Shown piece by piece: positions 1-9,318 of a DNA stretch of 64,000 bases. Each line of letters starts with the position of its first letter. The stretch's first letter is position 1. The notes below the pieces were generated by a model. It made no database searches, was not told the DNA's origin, and saw nothing but the letters and a program-made list of their open reading frames with translations. The translations under genes and the position numbers were made by a program. Origin of the DNA: a virus; IMG/VR virus record IMGVR_UViG_3300028392_000060, positions 1 to 64,000 of that record. One strand, written 5' to 3'.

Positions 1-153
1 GATATGGACCAAGTTTTGGTTGATCTATATCAAAAAGGCTTAATAGATGTATCTTACGATGAAGATTTAAATGCTATGATGACTATTTCTAAAGAAGGCA
101 AAGATGTCTTATTAAAAATGGGATTTGATTTAAGTGATTCTGAAGATACTTAA
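1..153 (+). CDS. 3' end of a hypothetical protein (truncated by window edge)
   Basis: Frame 1 open from base 1 (DMDQVLVDLYQKGLIDVSYDEDLNAMM...) to TAA at 151-153. Confidence 0.7.
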   Translation, partial: DMDQVLVDLYQKGLIDVSYDEDLNAMMTISKEGKDVLLKMGFDLSDSEDT

Positions 154-179
154 CTATAATATAAGGTGGTGATTTAAAT

Positions 180-416
180 ATGGATAATAATCAACAAGGT
201 AAAGATGGTGGCGTACAGCAACCAGCTTCAGCAACACCAGTTGCAGAAGCAGCAGGCCCACAGGCAGGTTTAGCATCAGATGCTAAGACTGATCTTGGCG
301 TAAACAACGCTGGTACACTTAACGTCGGAAGCCCTTTCACGGGGCGTGATGTTTCAATGACCACTCCACAATATGCTGGAGGAAATATCACGACAACAGA
401 GGCAGGGTCAAAGTAA
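180..416 (+). CDS. hypothetical low-complexity protein
   Basis: ORF track; SD AAGGTGGT upstream; TATAAT at 155-160. Confidence 0.75.
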   Translation: MDNNQQGKDGGVQQPASATPVAEAAGPQAGLASDAKTDLGVNNAGTLNVGSPFTGRDVSMTTPQYAGGNITTTEAGSK

Positions 417-1037
417 ATGAATACAAAAGAGTTTTATGATGAAATGATTAATCTAATTAAATCAATTGGAACATCTTCTTCAGCAAACCAAGAGCGGGAT
501 GAAAGAACCGTAGAAAACTACGTCAGACAAACTGGTAATGTCAATACACCACCAGTCAATGTTGGCGATTACACGATTGGAGGTAACAACATGTCAAATA
601 ACACAACAGAACCAGATCCAACGGGCGATATTGCAGTGCAAAAGGATCTTCCTATTGCAAATCAACCAGCAACAACAGACCTAGTAAATCAAATGACACG
701 CCCAGAAAGCGATGTTTCAGTTTCAGATGCGCCTAATCAAACACCAGATGTTTCAACAGGTGGCGCTGGGATTTACAAGGCAGGGATGACTTGCCCAGAT
801 TGCAAGCAAGCAATTGAACACAAGTGTGCAGCAGATTCTTCAGAAAATGATGAGTCAAAGGTTGAAAAAGCTGATACATGTGCAGATTGCGGTAAATCAA
901 CAGCTGATTGCGAATGCACAAAAAAAGCTGTAGATGAAGCAGAGTCTAAAGAAGAAGCTGCTAAAGAAACTCCAGCAGATGAAAAAGCAGAAATGAAGAA
1001 GTCCCTATGGGGCGGAGCATTTGCGCCAATAAAGTAA
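417..1037 (+). CDS. acidic scaffold-like / putative head-internal protein with CxxC pairs
   Basis: C-terminus KKSLWGGAF resembles the protease/scaffold C-terminus KQSVWQGAF; internal SD GGAGGT with in-frame ATG at 591. Confidence 0.6.
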   Translation: MNTKEFYDEMINLIKSIGTSSSANQERDERTVENYVRQTGNVNTPPVNVGDYTIGGNNMSNNTTEPDPTGDIAVQKDLPIANQPATTDLVNQMTRPESDVSVSDAPNQTPDVSTGGAGIYKAGMTCPDCKQAIEHKCAADSSENDESKVEKADTCADCGKSTADCECTKKAVDEAESKEEAAKETPADEKAEMKKSLWGGAFAPIK

Positions 1038-1060
1038 ATTATATATACGTATATATATGT

Positions 1061-1086
1061 ACAAGGACGGTTTCCCCCGTCCTTGT
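1061..1086 (+). terminator. stem-loop, probable intrinsic terminator
   Basis: ACAAGGACGG/CCGTCCTTGT inverted repeat just after the 1037 stop. Confidence 0.55.
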
Positions 1087-1104
1087 CTATTTAGAAAGGA
1101 AGCC

Positions 1105-1473
1105 ATGAAAGTATTAGTTTTTGGAAGTAAAGATTGGGAAGATTATAACGATTTAATTCGTCAGATTACATTACTAATTGAAGATAATAAACATTATTAT
1201 CCAGATGATAAAGAGTTTGTATTTGTTCATACAGGGCTTAAAGGCGCTGAAAATATGGTTACCGAATATATTGGTAAAACAGAAAAGTTTTTACGTCAAA
1301 AAGGTTACAAAATCAAAGAAGAATTAATTAGAGATAAATCATCATATTCAGATGTAACTTTAATTGAATCTGAACCCAGTATTGCTTTGGTATTCGGGGA
1401 ATCTCCAAGAAATAGGCAATGTATAAAATTGATGGAAGCTATGGGAGTGCCCTATAGATTTTTTGCAAAATAA
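1105..1473 (+). CDS. SLOG/YspA-like (DUF2493-type) protein
   Basis: MKVLVFGSKDW...VHTGLKGAE pattern; start moved to 1105 behind SD AAGGA. Confidence 0.6.
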   Translation: MKVLVFGSKDWEDYNDLIRQITLLIEDNKHYYPDDKEFVFVHTGLKGAENMVTEYIGKTEKFLRQKGYKIKEELIRDKSSYSDVTLIESEPSIALVFGESPRNRQCIKLMEAMGVPYRFFAK

Positions 1474-1537
1474 GCTTGACATAGCATATATAAAACTGAT
1501 ACAATATATATAACAACCCTACTAACAAAGGAAAATA

Positions 1538-1840
1538 ATGACAAATATCTTACCGCTAGGCGGTTTGATTTTAGTAAAAAAGAACGAAATTAAAGATACA
1601 CAAACCCAATCAGGGTTAATTCTTACTGCATCTGCTCAAGAATCTGAGTTAAACCGAGGAACAATTGTAAAAGTTGGGCCAGGGGAGCGGGACCAAGAAG
1701 GAAAAGTACATGCAATTCCTTTAAATGAAGGAGATGTTGTAATTTATTCTGAAAATCATGGAACAGAAGTGACAGATGTTTCTGGCAATAAATATGAATT
1801 TATTAATTGGAGAAATTTATTTGGAGTAGAAAATGCCTAA
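1538..1840 (+). CDS. groES: co-chaperonin GroES
   Basis: ILPLGGLILVK, TQSGLIL mobile loop, GTIVKVGPG, EGDVVIY. Confidence 0.92.
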   Translation: MTNILPLGGLILVKKNEIKDTQTQSGLILTASAQESELNRGTIVKVGPGERDQEGKVHAIPLNEGDVVIYSENHGTEVTDVSGNKYEFINWRNLFGVENA

Positions 1841-2063
1841 GATATCTTTAGATTATGAATCAGCACATAAATTTGTAGAAAAGAATGCATCACAAGGATT
1901 TTTTTGGGATGGATGGACCATTGTAAAATGGTCTCCAAGTAATAACGGATATATGCAACCTAATGGTATGTTTAAAAATAATAAATGGGGATATTCAAAT
2001 CGCTATAATTTAACTTCCAAAGGTACTTGGGAGATTAGCGATAAATATGCCAACTATATTTAA
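1833..2063 (+). CDS. hypothetical protein
   Basis: ORF overlapping neighbours in an operon; Trp-rich FFWDGWTIV. Confidence 0.75.
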   Translation: MPKISLDYESAHKFVEKNASQGFFWDGWTIVKWSPSNNGYMQPNGMFKNNKWGYSNRYNLTSKGTWEISDKYANYI

Positions 2064-2361
2064 CAAATTAGGAATTGATGAACAAGACGTAAAATGGTAT
2101 CATCTTGCTGCTTGCAAAAATATGTCAATAAATTGGTTTTATGATGATTATGAAATTGATAAAGAGTTAGCAAAACAAGTTGATCAAATTTGTTTACATT
2201 GCCCAGTTATTAAACAATGTCATGCAGAAGGCATTGAAAATAAAGAAAAGGGTGTAAGAGGTGGGGTTTATATGGATCTTGGAAGACCAGATAAACAACA
2301 TAATTCCCATAAATTACCAGAAATATGGAAACAATTAAAGAAGCTTCATGGCAAAAATTAG
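2047..2361 (+). CDS. whiB: WhiB-family Fe-S transcription factor
   Basis: W..LAAC...ICLHCPVIKQC...GVRGG: four Cys plus the G(V/I)WGG-like turn. Confidence 0.88.
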   Translation: MPTIFNKLGIDEQDVKWYHLAACKNMSINWFYDDYEIDKELAKQVDQICLHCPVIKQCHAEGIENKEKGVRGGVYMDLGRPDKQHNSHKLPEIWKQLKKLHGKN

Positions 2362-2599
2362 ATATACAGTAGATATGGCCAAAAAAATACGGGGCATAAA
2401 ATGTCCCGTAAAAGGCTTAAAGATGGATGTTAGGGCTCGTCCTAATTATTTAGCTTTAACTGTATATGAAGAAAATGTTATGGAGTATAATGAATCACAA
2501 AGAATGCAGTTAATGGAATACTTACTTTTAGTAAGGGAATTAATTATTTCTTACGGTTCTCCATGTGAAATAGAGGGGATAAAATCTAATAATGTCTGA
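2348..2599 (+). CDS. hypothetical protein
   Basis: ORF track, overlapping-gene operon. Confidence 0.7.
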   Translation: MAKIRYTVDMAKKIRGIKCPVKGLKMDVRARPNYLALTVYEENVMEYNESQRMQLMEYLLLVRELIISYGSPCEIEGIKSNNV

Positions 2600-2822
2600 A
2601 GAAGAAACGGTTGAGTACGTATATATACCAGACGAAGGAATATACGGAACTGTAATAAGGTACGGCGCTTGGACATCTTTAATAGAATACTTTGAAGGTG
2701 GTATTGGTTATACAATAGAAATACCAAATGATGAGTATATAGTTATAGATGAAATAGGTGTAGGCTATATTTCAGAAGAAAAAGAAAATATTGGATATCC
2801 AGAAAAGGAAGATAATCTATAA
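2592..2822 (+). CDS. hypothetical acidic protein
   Basis: ORF track, operon context. Confidence 0.7.
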   Translation: MSEEETVEYVYIPDEGIYGTVIRYGAWTSLIEYFEGGIGYTIEIPNDEYIVIDEIGVGYISEEKENIGYPEKEDNL

Positions 2823-3052
2823 TGCTATGTTTTTCATGCAGTAAACAAAAAGATCAAATTCACCCTTGTCTTTCTAATATATTAGAGGGAGTAAACCTAT
2901 TTATGTGTCAATCTTGTATAGATGACAAATACGAACCTAGATGGGTTATAATTTTGGCGGGCAGACAAAAAGGTGCAGAATATGTAAGAGATTATATAAT
3001 TAAACATCGTTATTTTGGAAGACCAATATCAGCGGAGGAAATAGTTGCTTAA
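2822..3052 (+). CDS. hypothetical Zn-finger protein
   Basis: CFSC...CQSC; TAATG coupling. Confidence 0.7.
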   Translation: MLCFSCSKQKDQIHPCLSNILEGVNLFMCQSCIDDKYEPRWVIILAGRQKGAEYVRDYIIKHRYFGRPISAEEIVA

Positions 3053-3341
3053 AATTACAGATGATGTAAGAGAATTTCAATCTGAAAATGAATGTATAGT
3101 TTATTTTACAGCTAATTGGTGTAATCCATGTAAACAATTAAAACCACATTATGGCAAAGTATCTGTAATGGATCCTGAAACTAACTATTATATGATTGAT
3201 GTTGACAAGATAGACCCTGAAATGGTAGAATATTACAATATAAAGAGCATACCTCAAATTTTTGTCATGCAAAAAGGCAAAATCACCGATGTTGTTCAAT
3301 CAAGAACGACTGAATCTATTTTGGAGGAATTGGGTAAATGA
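3045..3341 (+). CDS. thioredoxin
   Basis: VYFTANWCNPCK active site, IKSIP cis-Pro motif. Confidence 0.92.
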   Translation: MLKITDDVREFQSENECIVYFTANWCNPCKQLKPHYGKVSVMDPETNYYMIDVDKIDPEMVEYYNIKSIPQIFVMQKGKITDVVQSRTTESILEELGK

Positions 3342-3892
3342 CCACTATAGTGGCGGTATGCAAAAATGGCAATGTAACTATGGGGGCAGACTCTCAAGTT
3401 ACAGATAATTCCAGACCAAATCGCCATTCCACAATGGAAAAAATTACAAAGAATAATGGTTGGTTAATTGCGGGAAGTGGGGATTCTCAACCTTGCGATA
3501 TATTGCAACATATATTTATTCCACCTGTACCAACAATTAAAGAAAGAGACAATCTTTATAAATTTATGATTACTAAATTTGTCCCAGCTATTCGTGAATG
3601 TTTAGATGAAAATGGTTGGAAAAAAGAACATGAAGATAAAGATGCAGGATTCAACATGTTATTTTCATTTGATGGTGAAGTTTTTGATATTGGTGATGAT
3701 TTTAGCGTATTGTTAAATAGTGATGGTATTTATGGTGTAGGTAATGGTTCTCAGTTTGCCATAGGGGCTCTATACGCTGGAGCTTCTGTAGAAAAATCTT
3801 TAGAAATTGCTTCTAATAATGATATTTATACATCAGGGCCATTTCAAATAGTAAAACAACAAAAGCAATCTAAATTGACAAAAAAAGAATAG
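3338..3892 (+). CDS. HslV/proteasome-beta-like Ntn peptidase
   Basis: N-terminal MTTIVAV (Thr nucleophile), ADSQ, EKI, IAGSG, GNGSQFAIGAL, DIYTSG. Confidence 0.85.
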   Translation: MTTIVAVCKNGNVTMGADSQVTDNSRPNRHSTMEKITKNNGWLIAGSGDSQPCDILQHIFIPPVPTIKERDNLYKFMITKFVPAIRECLDENGWKKEHEDKDAGFNMLFSFDGEVFDIGDDFSVLLNSDGIYGVGNGSQFAIGALYAGASVEKSLEIASNNDIYTSGPFQIVKQQKQSKLTKKE

Positions 3893-3966
3893 ATAAGATA
3901 TAATAAAGCATTGATCACATAAGTGATCATTATCCTGTACAGGGATACTAACTAGATAGGAAAAAA

Positions 3967-5058
3967 ATGAAGGTAACAAAGAAGATCGCACTTGCTTCTG
4001 CTGCAGCTCTAGCAATCGTAGGAATCTCTACTTCTGCTCATGCTGCACCATTGTCGGTAACAGTAGCGGGAAGCGCAAACACAACAGTAAACACATATGC
4101 TGGGTCACAAGCCGTAGCAGTTCCATCATCAAACGTAATTGATGCTGGTCATTCAGTCGCACTTGCTGCGACAGCAGATACAGGTACTGTAATATCATTT
4201 GTAGCATCAGGCTCAAAGCTTGTTGTTGCTCTTGATTCACCAGCAGCACCAAAAACAGTTGCTTCAGGAGTATCATCATACTCAGCAACATCACAAGGTA
4301 CAGCAATTACTGTATATGCTTATACAACAAGCACATCAGTTGGTTCTGTAACAATTACAAACGGTGCATATTCAACCGTAGTTTATATTCACGGAACAGC
4401 AGGCAGCATTTATAATGTTGCAATTTCAGTTCCAGGTTCTATTGCAACAGGTACAATTGGTACTGCAACAGTATCTTCAACTGACGTATTTGGCAATCCA
4501 GTAGAATCATCAGCACTTGCTGTAACTTTGATTGGCAATACATTTTCAGATCTTTCAACAACAAAGACCTTGACAACAGCAACTAAGTCTGCAGCAGATG
4601 CAGATACAACAGGTGCAACAGTATGGGGTTTTGCTTCGTACAAGCTTGCACCAGCAACTGGTTCTTCAATTACAGCAGTGGTTTCAACTTCCGCTTCAAT
4701 TACACCAGTAGCAGGACTTGCTAATCCAGTCACAACTGGCGCAGTTACAGTATCGGTATCAGATCTTAATGCAACTATTACATCTTTGTCTTCACAACTT
4801 GCAACCGCAAAGTCTGCTCTTGATGCAGAAAAAGCTGGTCGTTCTGCAGACAAGGTAGTAGCAGACAAGGCTCTTGCTGATGCAAAGGTTGCTGCAGACA
4901 AGGCTTTAGCAGACGCTAAGTCTCTTGCAGATATTGCACTTGAAACAGAAAAAGCAACACATGTTACTGATTCTGCAAATGCAAATGCAAAGTACAAGGC
5001 ACTTGTTGCCAAGTACAACGCAATGGCTAAGAAGTATCGCTTCTCAGCAATTAAGTAA
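3967..5058 (+). CDS. secreted Ala/Thr/Ser-rich surface protein with C-terminal coiled coil
   Basis: Sec signal MKVTKKIALASAAALAIVGISTSAHA; beta-rich body; DKALADAK repeats; own TTGACA-N18-TATAAT promoter and terminator. Confidence 0.7.
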   Translation: MKVTKKIALASAAALAIVGISTSAHAAPLSVTVAGSANTTVNTYAGSQAVAVPSSNVIDAGHSVALAATADTGTVISFVASGSKLVVALDSPAAPKTVASGVSSYSATSQGTAITVYAYTTSTSVGSVTITNGAYSTVVYIHGTAGSIYNVAISVPGSIATGTIGTATVSSTDVFGNPVESSALAVTLIGNTFSDLSTTKTLTTATKSAADADTTGATVWGFASYKLAPATGSSITAVVSTSASITPVAGLANPVTTGAVTVSVSDLNATITSLSSQLATAKSALDAEKAGRSADKVVADKALADAKVAADKALADAKSLADIALETEKATHVTDSANANAKYKALVAKYNAMAKKYRFSAIK

Positions 5059-5070
5059 TTAGTACAATTA

Positions 5071-5098
5071 AAAAGGGTAGACAAATGTCTACCCTTTT
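5071..5098 (+). terminator. intrinsic terminator overlapping the next promoter
   Basis: AAAAGGGTAGACA-AA-TGTCTACCCTTTT. Confidence 0.75.
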
Positions 5099-5116
5099 TG
5101 GTATAATGGAGGTATT

Positions 5117-5404
5117 ATGAATAACGAATTGTGGTCTTGGGGATTATCAATCATTGGTGTGATTGGTCTATTGATGGTTGGGCACAAAAACTGGCGGGGT
5201 TACCTAGTAGGTATCGTGACCGAATGTGCTTGGGTAGCATATAGCATACAAACAAAGCAATGGGGATTTATATTTGGATCAACAATTTATATTTCAGCAT
5301 ACCTATTTAATATAAATAAATGGCTAAACGACATTAAAAAAAGTAAGATTAAAAATATGTTTACAATAAACCTGCTTCACAATTATAATAGAAAGAGTAA
5401 ATAA
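5117..5404 (+). CDS. small membrane protein (PnuC-like fragment)
   Basis: Three hydrophobic segments; W..Y.I.T.QWGFI pattern; SD GGAGGT. Confidence 0.55.
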   Translation: MNNELWSWGLSIIGVIGLLMVGHKNWRGYLVGIVTECAWVAYSIQTKQWGFIFGSTIYISAYLFNINKWLNDIKKSKIKNMFTINLLHNYNRKSK

Positions 5405-5625
5405 TGTCTAATGTACCACTATCAATAAATCAACTTGAAACAATTGTTGAATTAATATCAAGAGATCTTTTAGAAAAATGGGCTATTGATGATCGTTTTA
5501 AAGAAGATGAAATGATCAAATCAACTCAAGATGCAATTGATGATACAGTTTTTGTAATTAATGCATTTATGGAACACTTTAATACATATATGATAATGGA
5601 ATCAGAAAAAAGAAAGCTTAATTAA
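5404..5625 (+). CDS. hypothetical protein
   Basis: ORF track; TAATG coupling. Confidence 0.7.
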   Translation: MSNVPLSINQLETIVELISRDLLEKWAIDDRFKEDEMIKSTQDAIDDTVFVINAFMEHFNTYMIMESEKRKLN

Positions 5626-5653
5626 ATACATATAATGATATAATTGTTTTATA

Positions 5654-6013
5654 ATGAAACACTATTTTCAGTTATTTAGCAAAAAAACAGAAGAAATGTC
5701 TGATTGGGTAGCAGATGTATCTTCACATCCATTATTTTTAATAATACACGCTATTTGGTGGGGCGTATGGATAGGCTTTAGAGTAGAGCCCTTCCCCTTT
5801 GGTTTATTGACGCTTATAGTGTCGTTAGAAGCCATTGTACTCTCTTCTTTGTTGCTTTCAGCGGGTAGTCGTGAGGGAGAATTAGAGAAAAAAATAGCTC
5901 GTAAAGATTTATCTATATCTAAAGAAACAAATTGGATGGTTGAAGAGATTCATGAAATTGTGCGGGATTTGCAGGAAGACGTTAGGCTCCTTAAAGATGA
6001 GGAGGAAGTATAA
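5654..6013 (+). CDS. DUF1003-like membrane protein
   Basis: EPFPFGLLTLIVSLEAIVLSSLLL signature followed by a coiled coil. Confidence 0.75.
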   Translation: MKHYFQLFSKKTEEMSDWVADVSSHPLFLIIHAIWWGVWIGFRVEPFPFGLLTLIVSLEAIVLSSLLLSAGSREGELEKKIARKDLSISKETNWMVEEIHEIVRDLQEDVRLLKDEEEV

Positions 6014-6137
6014 TGGAGTGTATTTTGTTATATTTTGGCATGCTCGTAATAGTATCATTATCATTTAAATGCCATATTAAACGCTGGCATAAAAACTAAT
6101 ATTGACATATTTACTTACTATTTGATAGGATAGTGCA

Positions 6138-6386
6138 ATGAGAGAAGATGTAGTAATTCATTTTGATGGCATTAACGGATCATGGTTATGGTCACTTGTT
6201 AAAGGAAAGTATCAAGCCAGGGGTACGGCAAGGACGTTAGAAGATGCAGAGGATAAAGCATTTGAAGTGGCAAATCAACTGCCAGATGTTAAATTCATTA
6301 ATACAATATACAACCCAGCAAAAGATATCAAACTTGCTGAAGGAAAGATTAAAGATTCATTTGTAGACTTGACAGATTCTAAATAA
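6138..6386 (+). CDS. hypothetical protein, probably leaderless
   Basis: TTGACA-N18-TAGGAT ends 6 nt before the ATG. Confidence 0.65.
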   Translation: MREDVVIHFDGINGSWLWSLVKGKYQARGTARTLEDAEDKAFEVANQLPDVKFINTIYNPAKDIKLAEGKIKDSFVDLTDSK

Positions 6387-6498
6387 AGCTGATAAAATAA
6401 GGTATGAACCAAAAAGAAGATCCTATGGATTGGGATGATATACGTAAACTTGAAGTATCCCGCCGTATTGAACTACTAACGAAAGCGATTGTTAATAG

Positions 6499-6717
6499 AT
6501 GCAAACAAGACGTAAAGAGCAAATATGGAAACAAAAAAGTACACCGCCAATAAGCAAAAATCCACGTGTTAAATTTATGACATATGATTTTTTTGGCGAT
6601 GAATGGTCAGGTAATTGCGGGGCATGTAATCTTGATTTGTATGCTCCAACTAAAGGCGAATATTTAATGCAATACTCAAAACACACACACTCTAAAAATT
6701 GTTTGGGAGGGTACTGA
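6499..6717 (+). CDS. hypothetical Zn-binding protein (start uncertain)
   Basis: CGAC...HTHSKNC. Confidence 0.55.
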   Translation: MQTRRKEQIWKQKSTPPISKNPRVKFMTYDFFGDEWSGNCGACNLDLYAPTKGEYLMQYSKHTHSKNCLGGY

Positions 6718-6817
6718 TGGCTAGAATAGTAATATGTTCTGATTGCAAGCGGGAAATTGAAGTAAGATCTGGCTTTGCACATCACACATTAAATAATCAT
6801 ATATCCAAGGAACATAA

Positions 6818-7150
6818 ATGATGTTGTATTCTTACATATTAATAGGGCTTGTAACATTTACATCTTTATTATGTATTGTTGCCCTTATTTTTTCTTATGC
6901 ATATGTAAAAATGCTTCCCCATTTTAGCCCTACTTTTGAAGAATATTGGGAAAAAGATAGAGAAGAAGAATGGCAATGGGCAAAAAAAACAGTTAATCGT
7001 CATTACAGATATATTGGATTTAGAATTTATACTGTAGTAAATACAGAAATGAATGAATGGCACAAAGAGCTTAGGTTTCAATGGCTTAAAAAAATAGATA
7101 AAAAACTAATTACATGGAAAATAAATAAGCCTGATTGGTGGATGAAATGA
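6818..7150 (+). CDS. hypothetical membrane-anchored protein
   Basis: N-terminal hydrophobic helix; SD AAGGA. Confidence 0.65.
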   Translation: MMLYSYILIGLVTFTSLLCIVALIFSYAYVKMLPHFSPTFEEYWEKDREEEWQWAKKTVNRHYRYIGFRIYTVVNTEMNEWHKELRFQWLKKIDKKLITWKINKPDWWMK

Positions 7151-7434
7151 GCGAAAAAAAGAAAGCAGATTTAAAATTAATTCAGGGCGGGAAAGATGAA
7201 GTATCTGATGAAGACTTCAGAATATTCATGCAGGCCCTACTTGGAGAATATAAAGGTTCACCTTATTTACAAGAGTAGACAAAAGGCGGGATAAAATGAT
7301 ATACTGTCTAATACCAGTATGCATAATACTATATTTTAAGTACAAAATACTTAAATATGATTATGATTATCTATTGGAAAGATATAGAGATATAAAAAAG
7401 AATGACGAACAACTAACAGAAAAGGAATAAAATA

Positions 7435-7836
7435 ATGGCAAATCCAGATATAACAATCAAGGGAAACCTTGCATCCGATCCAGAACTCCGCACACTACCT
7501 TCAACTAAGGTCGTAAAGATGCGAGTAATAACAAATGACTGGTTTAAGGATGAACATGGTGATTTCAAGAACAAGGATACTTCAGGCTGGACTATTGAAG
7601 CTTGGGGAGAACTTGCAGAACGGGCTAACAGCCTGCTTAAAAAGGGCGATAACGTAACTATTATGGGTACTATCAAAGAGCGTAGTTATGACGATAAGGA
7701 CGGTAACAAGCGGTATGTGGTAGAGGTTAAAGCCTCCAGCATTGCCCTAGATCTTACAGTCGTGTCAAATCGTATGTCTAAGAGCAACTCAGATGTCAAT
7801 AACAATTGGGATAGTTTGGCAGAAACCCCCTTCTAA
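7435..7836 (+). CDS. ssb: single-stranded DNA-binding protein
   Basis: ITIKGNLASDPELR, AWGELAE, LKKGDNVTIMG, SYDDKDG, C-terminal ETPF. Confidence 0.93.
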   Translation: MANPDITIKGNLASDPELRTLPSTKVVKMRVITNDWFKDEHGDFKNKDTSGWTIEAWGELAERANSLLKKGDNVTIMGTIKERSYDDKDGNKRYVVEVKASSIALDLTVVSNRMSKSNSDVNNNWDSLAETPF

Positions 7837-8057
7837 TGAAAAAGAATAATGCACAAGTATCTTTAATTGGTGGCAAACGGTATCTTAAAAACAAGAAGCG
7901 TAAGCTTGGTTTAAAGGCTAAAGAAGATGCACACATTGCTTGGCTTTGGCGCAAAATTCAAGGCGGGATGCAGATAGAGTTTGAGAGAAATAATAAACCA
8001 ACTATGTCTCGCAGAACACTTGCTAAATTGATTTCATTACAGGAAAATAACAGGTAA
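7836..8057 (+). CDS. hypothetical basic protein
   Basis: ORF track; TAATG coupling. Confidence 0.6.
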   Translation: MKKNNAQVSLIGGKRYLKNKKRKLGLKAKEDAHIAWLWRKIQGGMQIEFERNNKPTMSRRTLAKLISLQENNR

Positions 8058-8058
8058 T

Positions 8059-8250
8059 TTGATCAAAAAAATGAGCAAAAAAGTAGAAAGAAATAGTTAT
8101 ATGCACACTTATGAATATGAGTGTGCATGTGGCAATAATATGAAATCTGAAATACATTCACAAATTAAAGAACATCCAAATTGCTGGGTATGTAATAATA
8201 AAATGGATCTGACATTCTATTTAAGATCACCAGATACAAGAGCGGGATAA
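8059..8250 (+). CDS. small Zn-ribbon protein (FmdB-like; start may be downstream)
   Basis: MHTYEYECACG...CWVC. Confidence 0.55.
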   Translation: MIKKMSKKVERNSYMHTYEYECACGNNMKSEIHSQIKEHPNCWVCNNKMDLTFYLRSPDTRAG

Positions 8251-8268
8251 GAAAGAAGGGCAACTCAA

Positions 8269-8685
8269 ATGATTGAAACAATATTACTAAGTTTTATAAC
8301 CCTATTTGCTATAGGAACTATATACTACTATGAAAACAAGCTGCATAAATTACAGATAGATTATGATGCCCTAGATGCAGAGTTCAACTGGATATATGCA
8401 GCATATTCCAAAATCACTCAAAAATCAGATACAATTCAAGATGCTATGGATATGATAGATCAACTAGATCAGACAAATGAAACTTTAAAAGCTTATATAA
8501 ATAATCTCAAGGTTGAAAATACCGATCTTCGTAATACCATGTGGGATTATAAAAGAGCAGCAGAATTGGCAAAAGGCGGGAAATCAGAAGATATCCAATA
8601 CGAATCTAGTAAATCACACTATATATATGGACATACCCCATATACAACATCATATAAGGAAACTGAGACATTAACCGAATTATAG
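8269..8685 (+). CDS. membrane-anchored coiled-coil protein
   Basis: N-terminal TM helix, then heptad pattern. Confidence 0.65.
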   Translation: MIETILLSFITLFAIGTIYYYENKLHKLQIDYDALDAEFNWIYAAYSKITQKSDTIQDAMDMIDQLDQTNETLKAYINNLKVENTDLRNTMWDYKRAAELAKGGKSEDIQYESSKSHYIYGHTPYTTSYKETETLTEL

Positions 8686-8837
8686 CCAATATAGACCAGT
8701 GTAAACACAAATGGATCCTAGAGAATCAAAAGATCATATGTGAGTATTGCCAATCCCCCGCCAAATTATGATAGATGAAAATGACTGTAAGAAGCATCAC
8801 TGGGTCATATTATTTCAAAGAAAATTATGCGATATAT

Positions 8838-8873
8838 GTGGCAAAGAGTGGATCAAAGTGGAGTAAAGTGGAG
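8838..8873 (+). promoter_or_regulatory. four GTGG direct repeats at exact 10-bp period (MraZ-type array)
   Basis: GTGGCA-AAGA-GTGGAT-CAAA-GTGGAG-TAAA-GTGGAG. Confidence 0.5.
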
Positions 8874-8989
8874 AATATATTCAATAGATGATGAATAATA
8901 TCAGTTAATAATTATATATACATTGTTACTGGTTATAGAGCATATCATAATGCCCATCGTAATGTCAAATTTGCACACACATAAAATTA

Positions 8990-9092
8990 TGTGATAAAAA
9001 TCACACTTTTTTGTGCATATTTTAGACAATTTTGATACAAATGTACACAATATGTTCACATTTTGAGATTATTCTGTGTGATTTTGATCACA
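8990..9092. promoter_or_regulatory. two perfect CRP-family boxes
   Basis: TGTGA-N6-TCACA at 8990-9005 and 9077-9092. Confidence 0.7.
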
Positions 9093-9142
9093 TTTTAAAT
9101 ATATTTATTTTTAGATACATTTATAAGATCATATACACAAAC

Positions 9143-9271
9143 TTCCAGAGAATTTTATTATGCGTTCGTAATGTCTGGAAAAATATATAGCTCTTCGTAA
9201 TGTTTATTATATGTATATGGATTAAGATTAAAAAAGTTCCAGAGAAATTCCCGCCGAGTTCGTAATGTCTG
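9143..9271 (+). repeat. direct repeats TTCCAGAGAA-N12-TTCGTAATGTCTG
   Basis: Copies at 9143-9177 and 9237-9271; extra TCGTAATGT near 8958 and 9195. Confidence 0.7.
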
Positions 9272-9318
9272 ATTAATTAATTAGCACGACACGACATTTT
9301 ATATATTTAAATAAAGAA

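Noticed and set aside
180-1037. Stop-codon readthrough or recoding joining 180..416 and 417..1037
   Set aside because: The stop is TAA directly followed by ATG; genes elsewhere read normally in the standard code
4410-5084. 224-aa minus-strand ORF and similar antisense ORFs over capsid, tail, fibre, RNR and TMP genes
   Set aside because: Shadows of biased plus-strand genes; no SD or recognisable motifs
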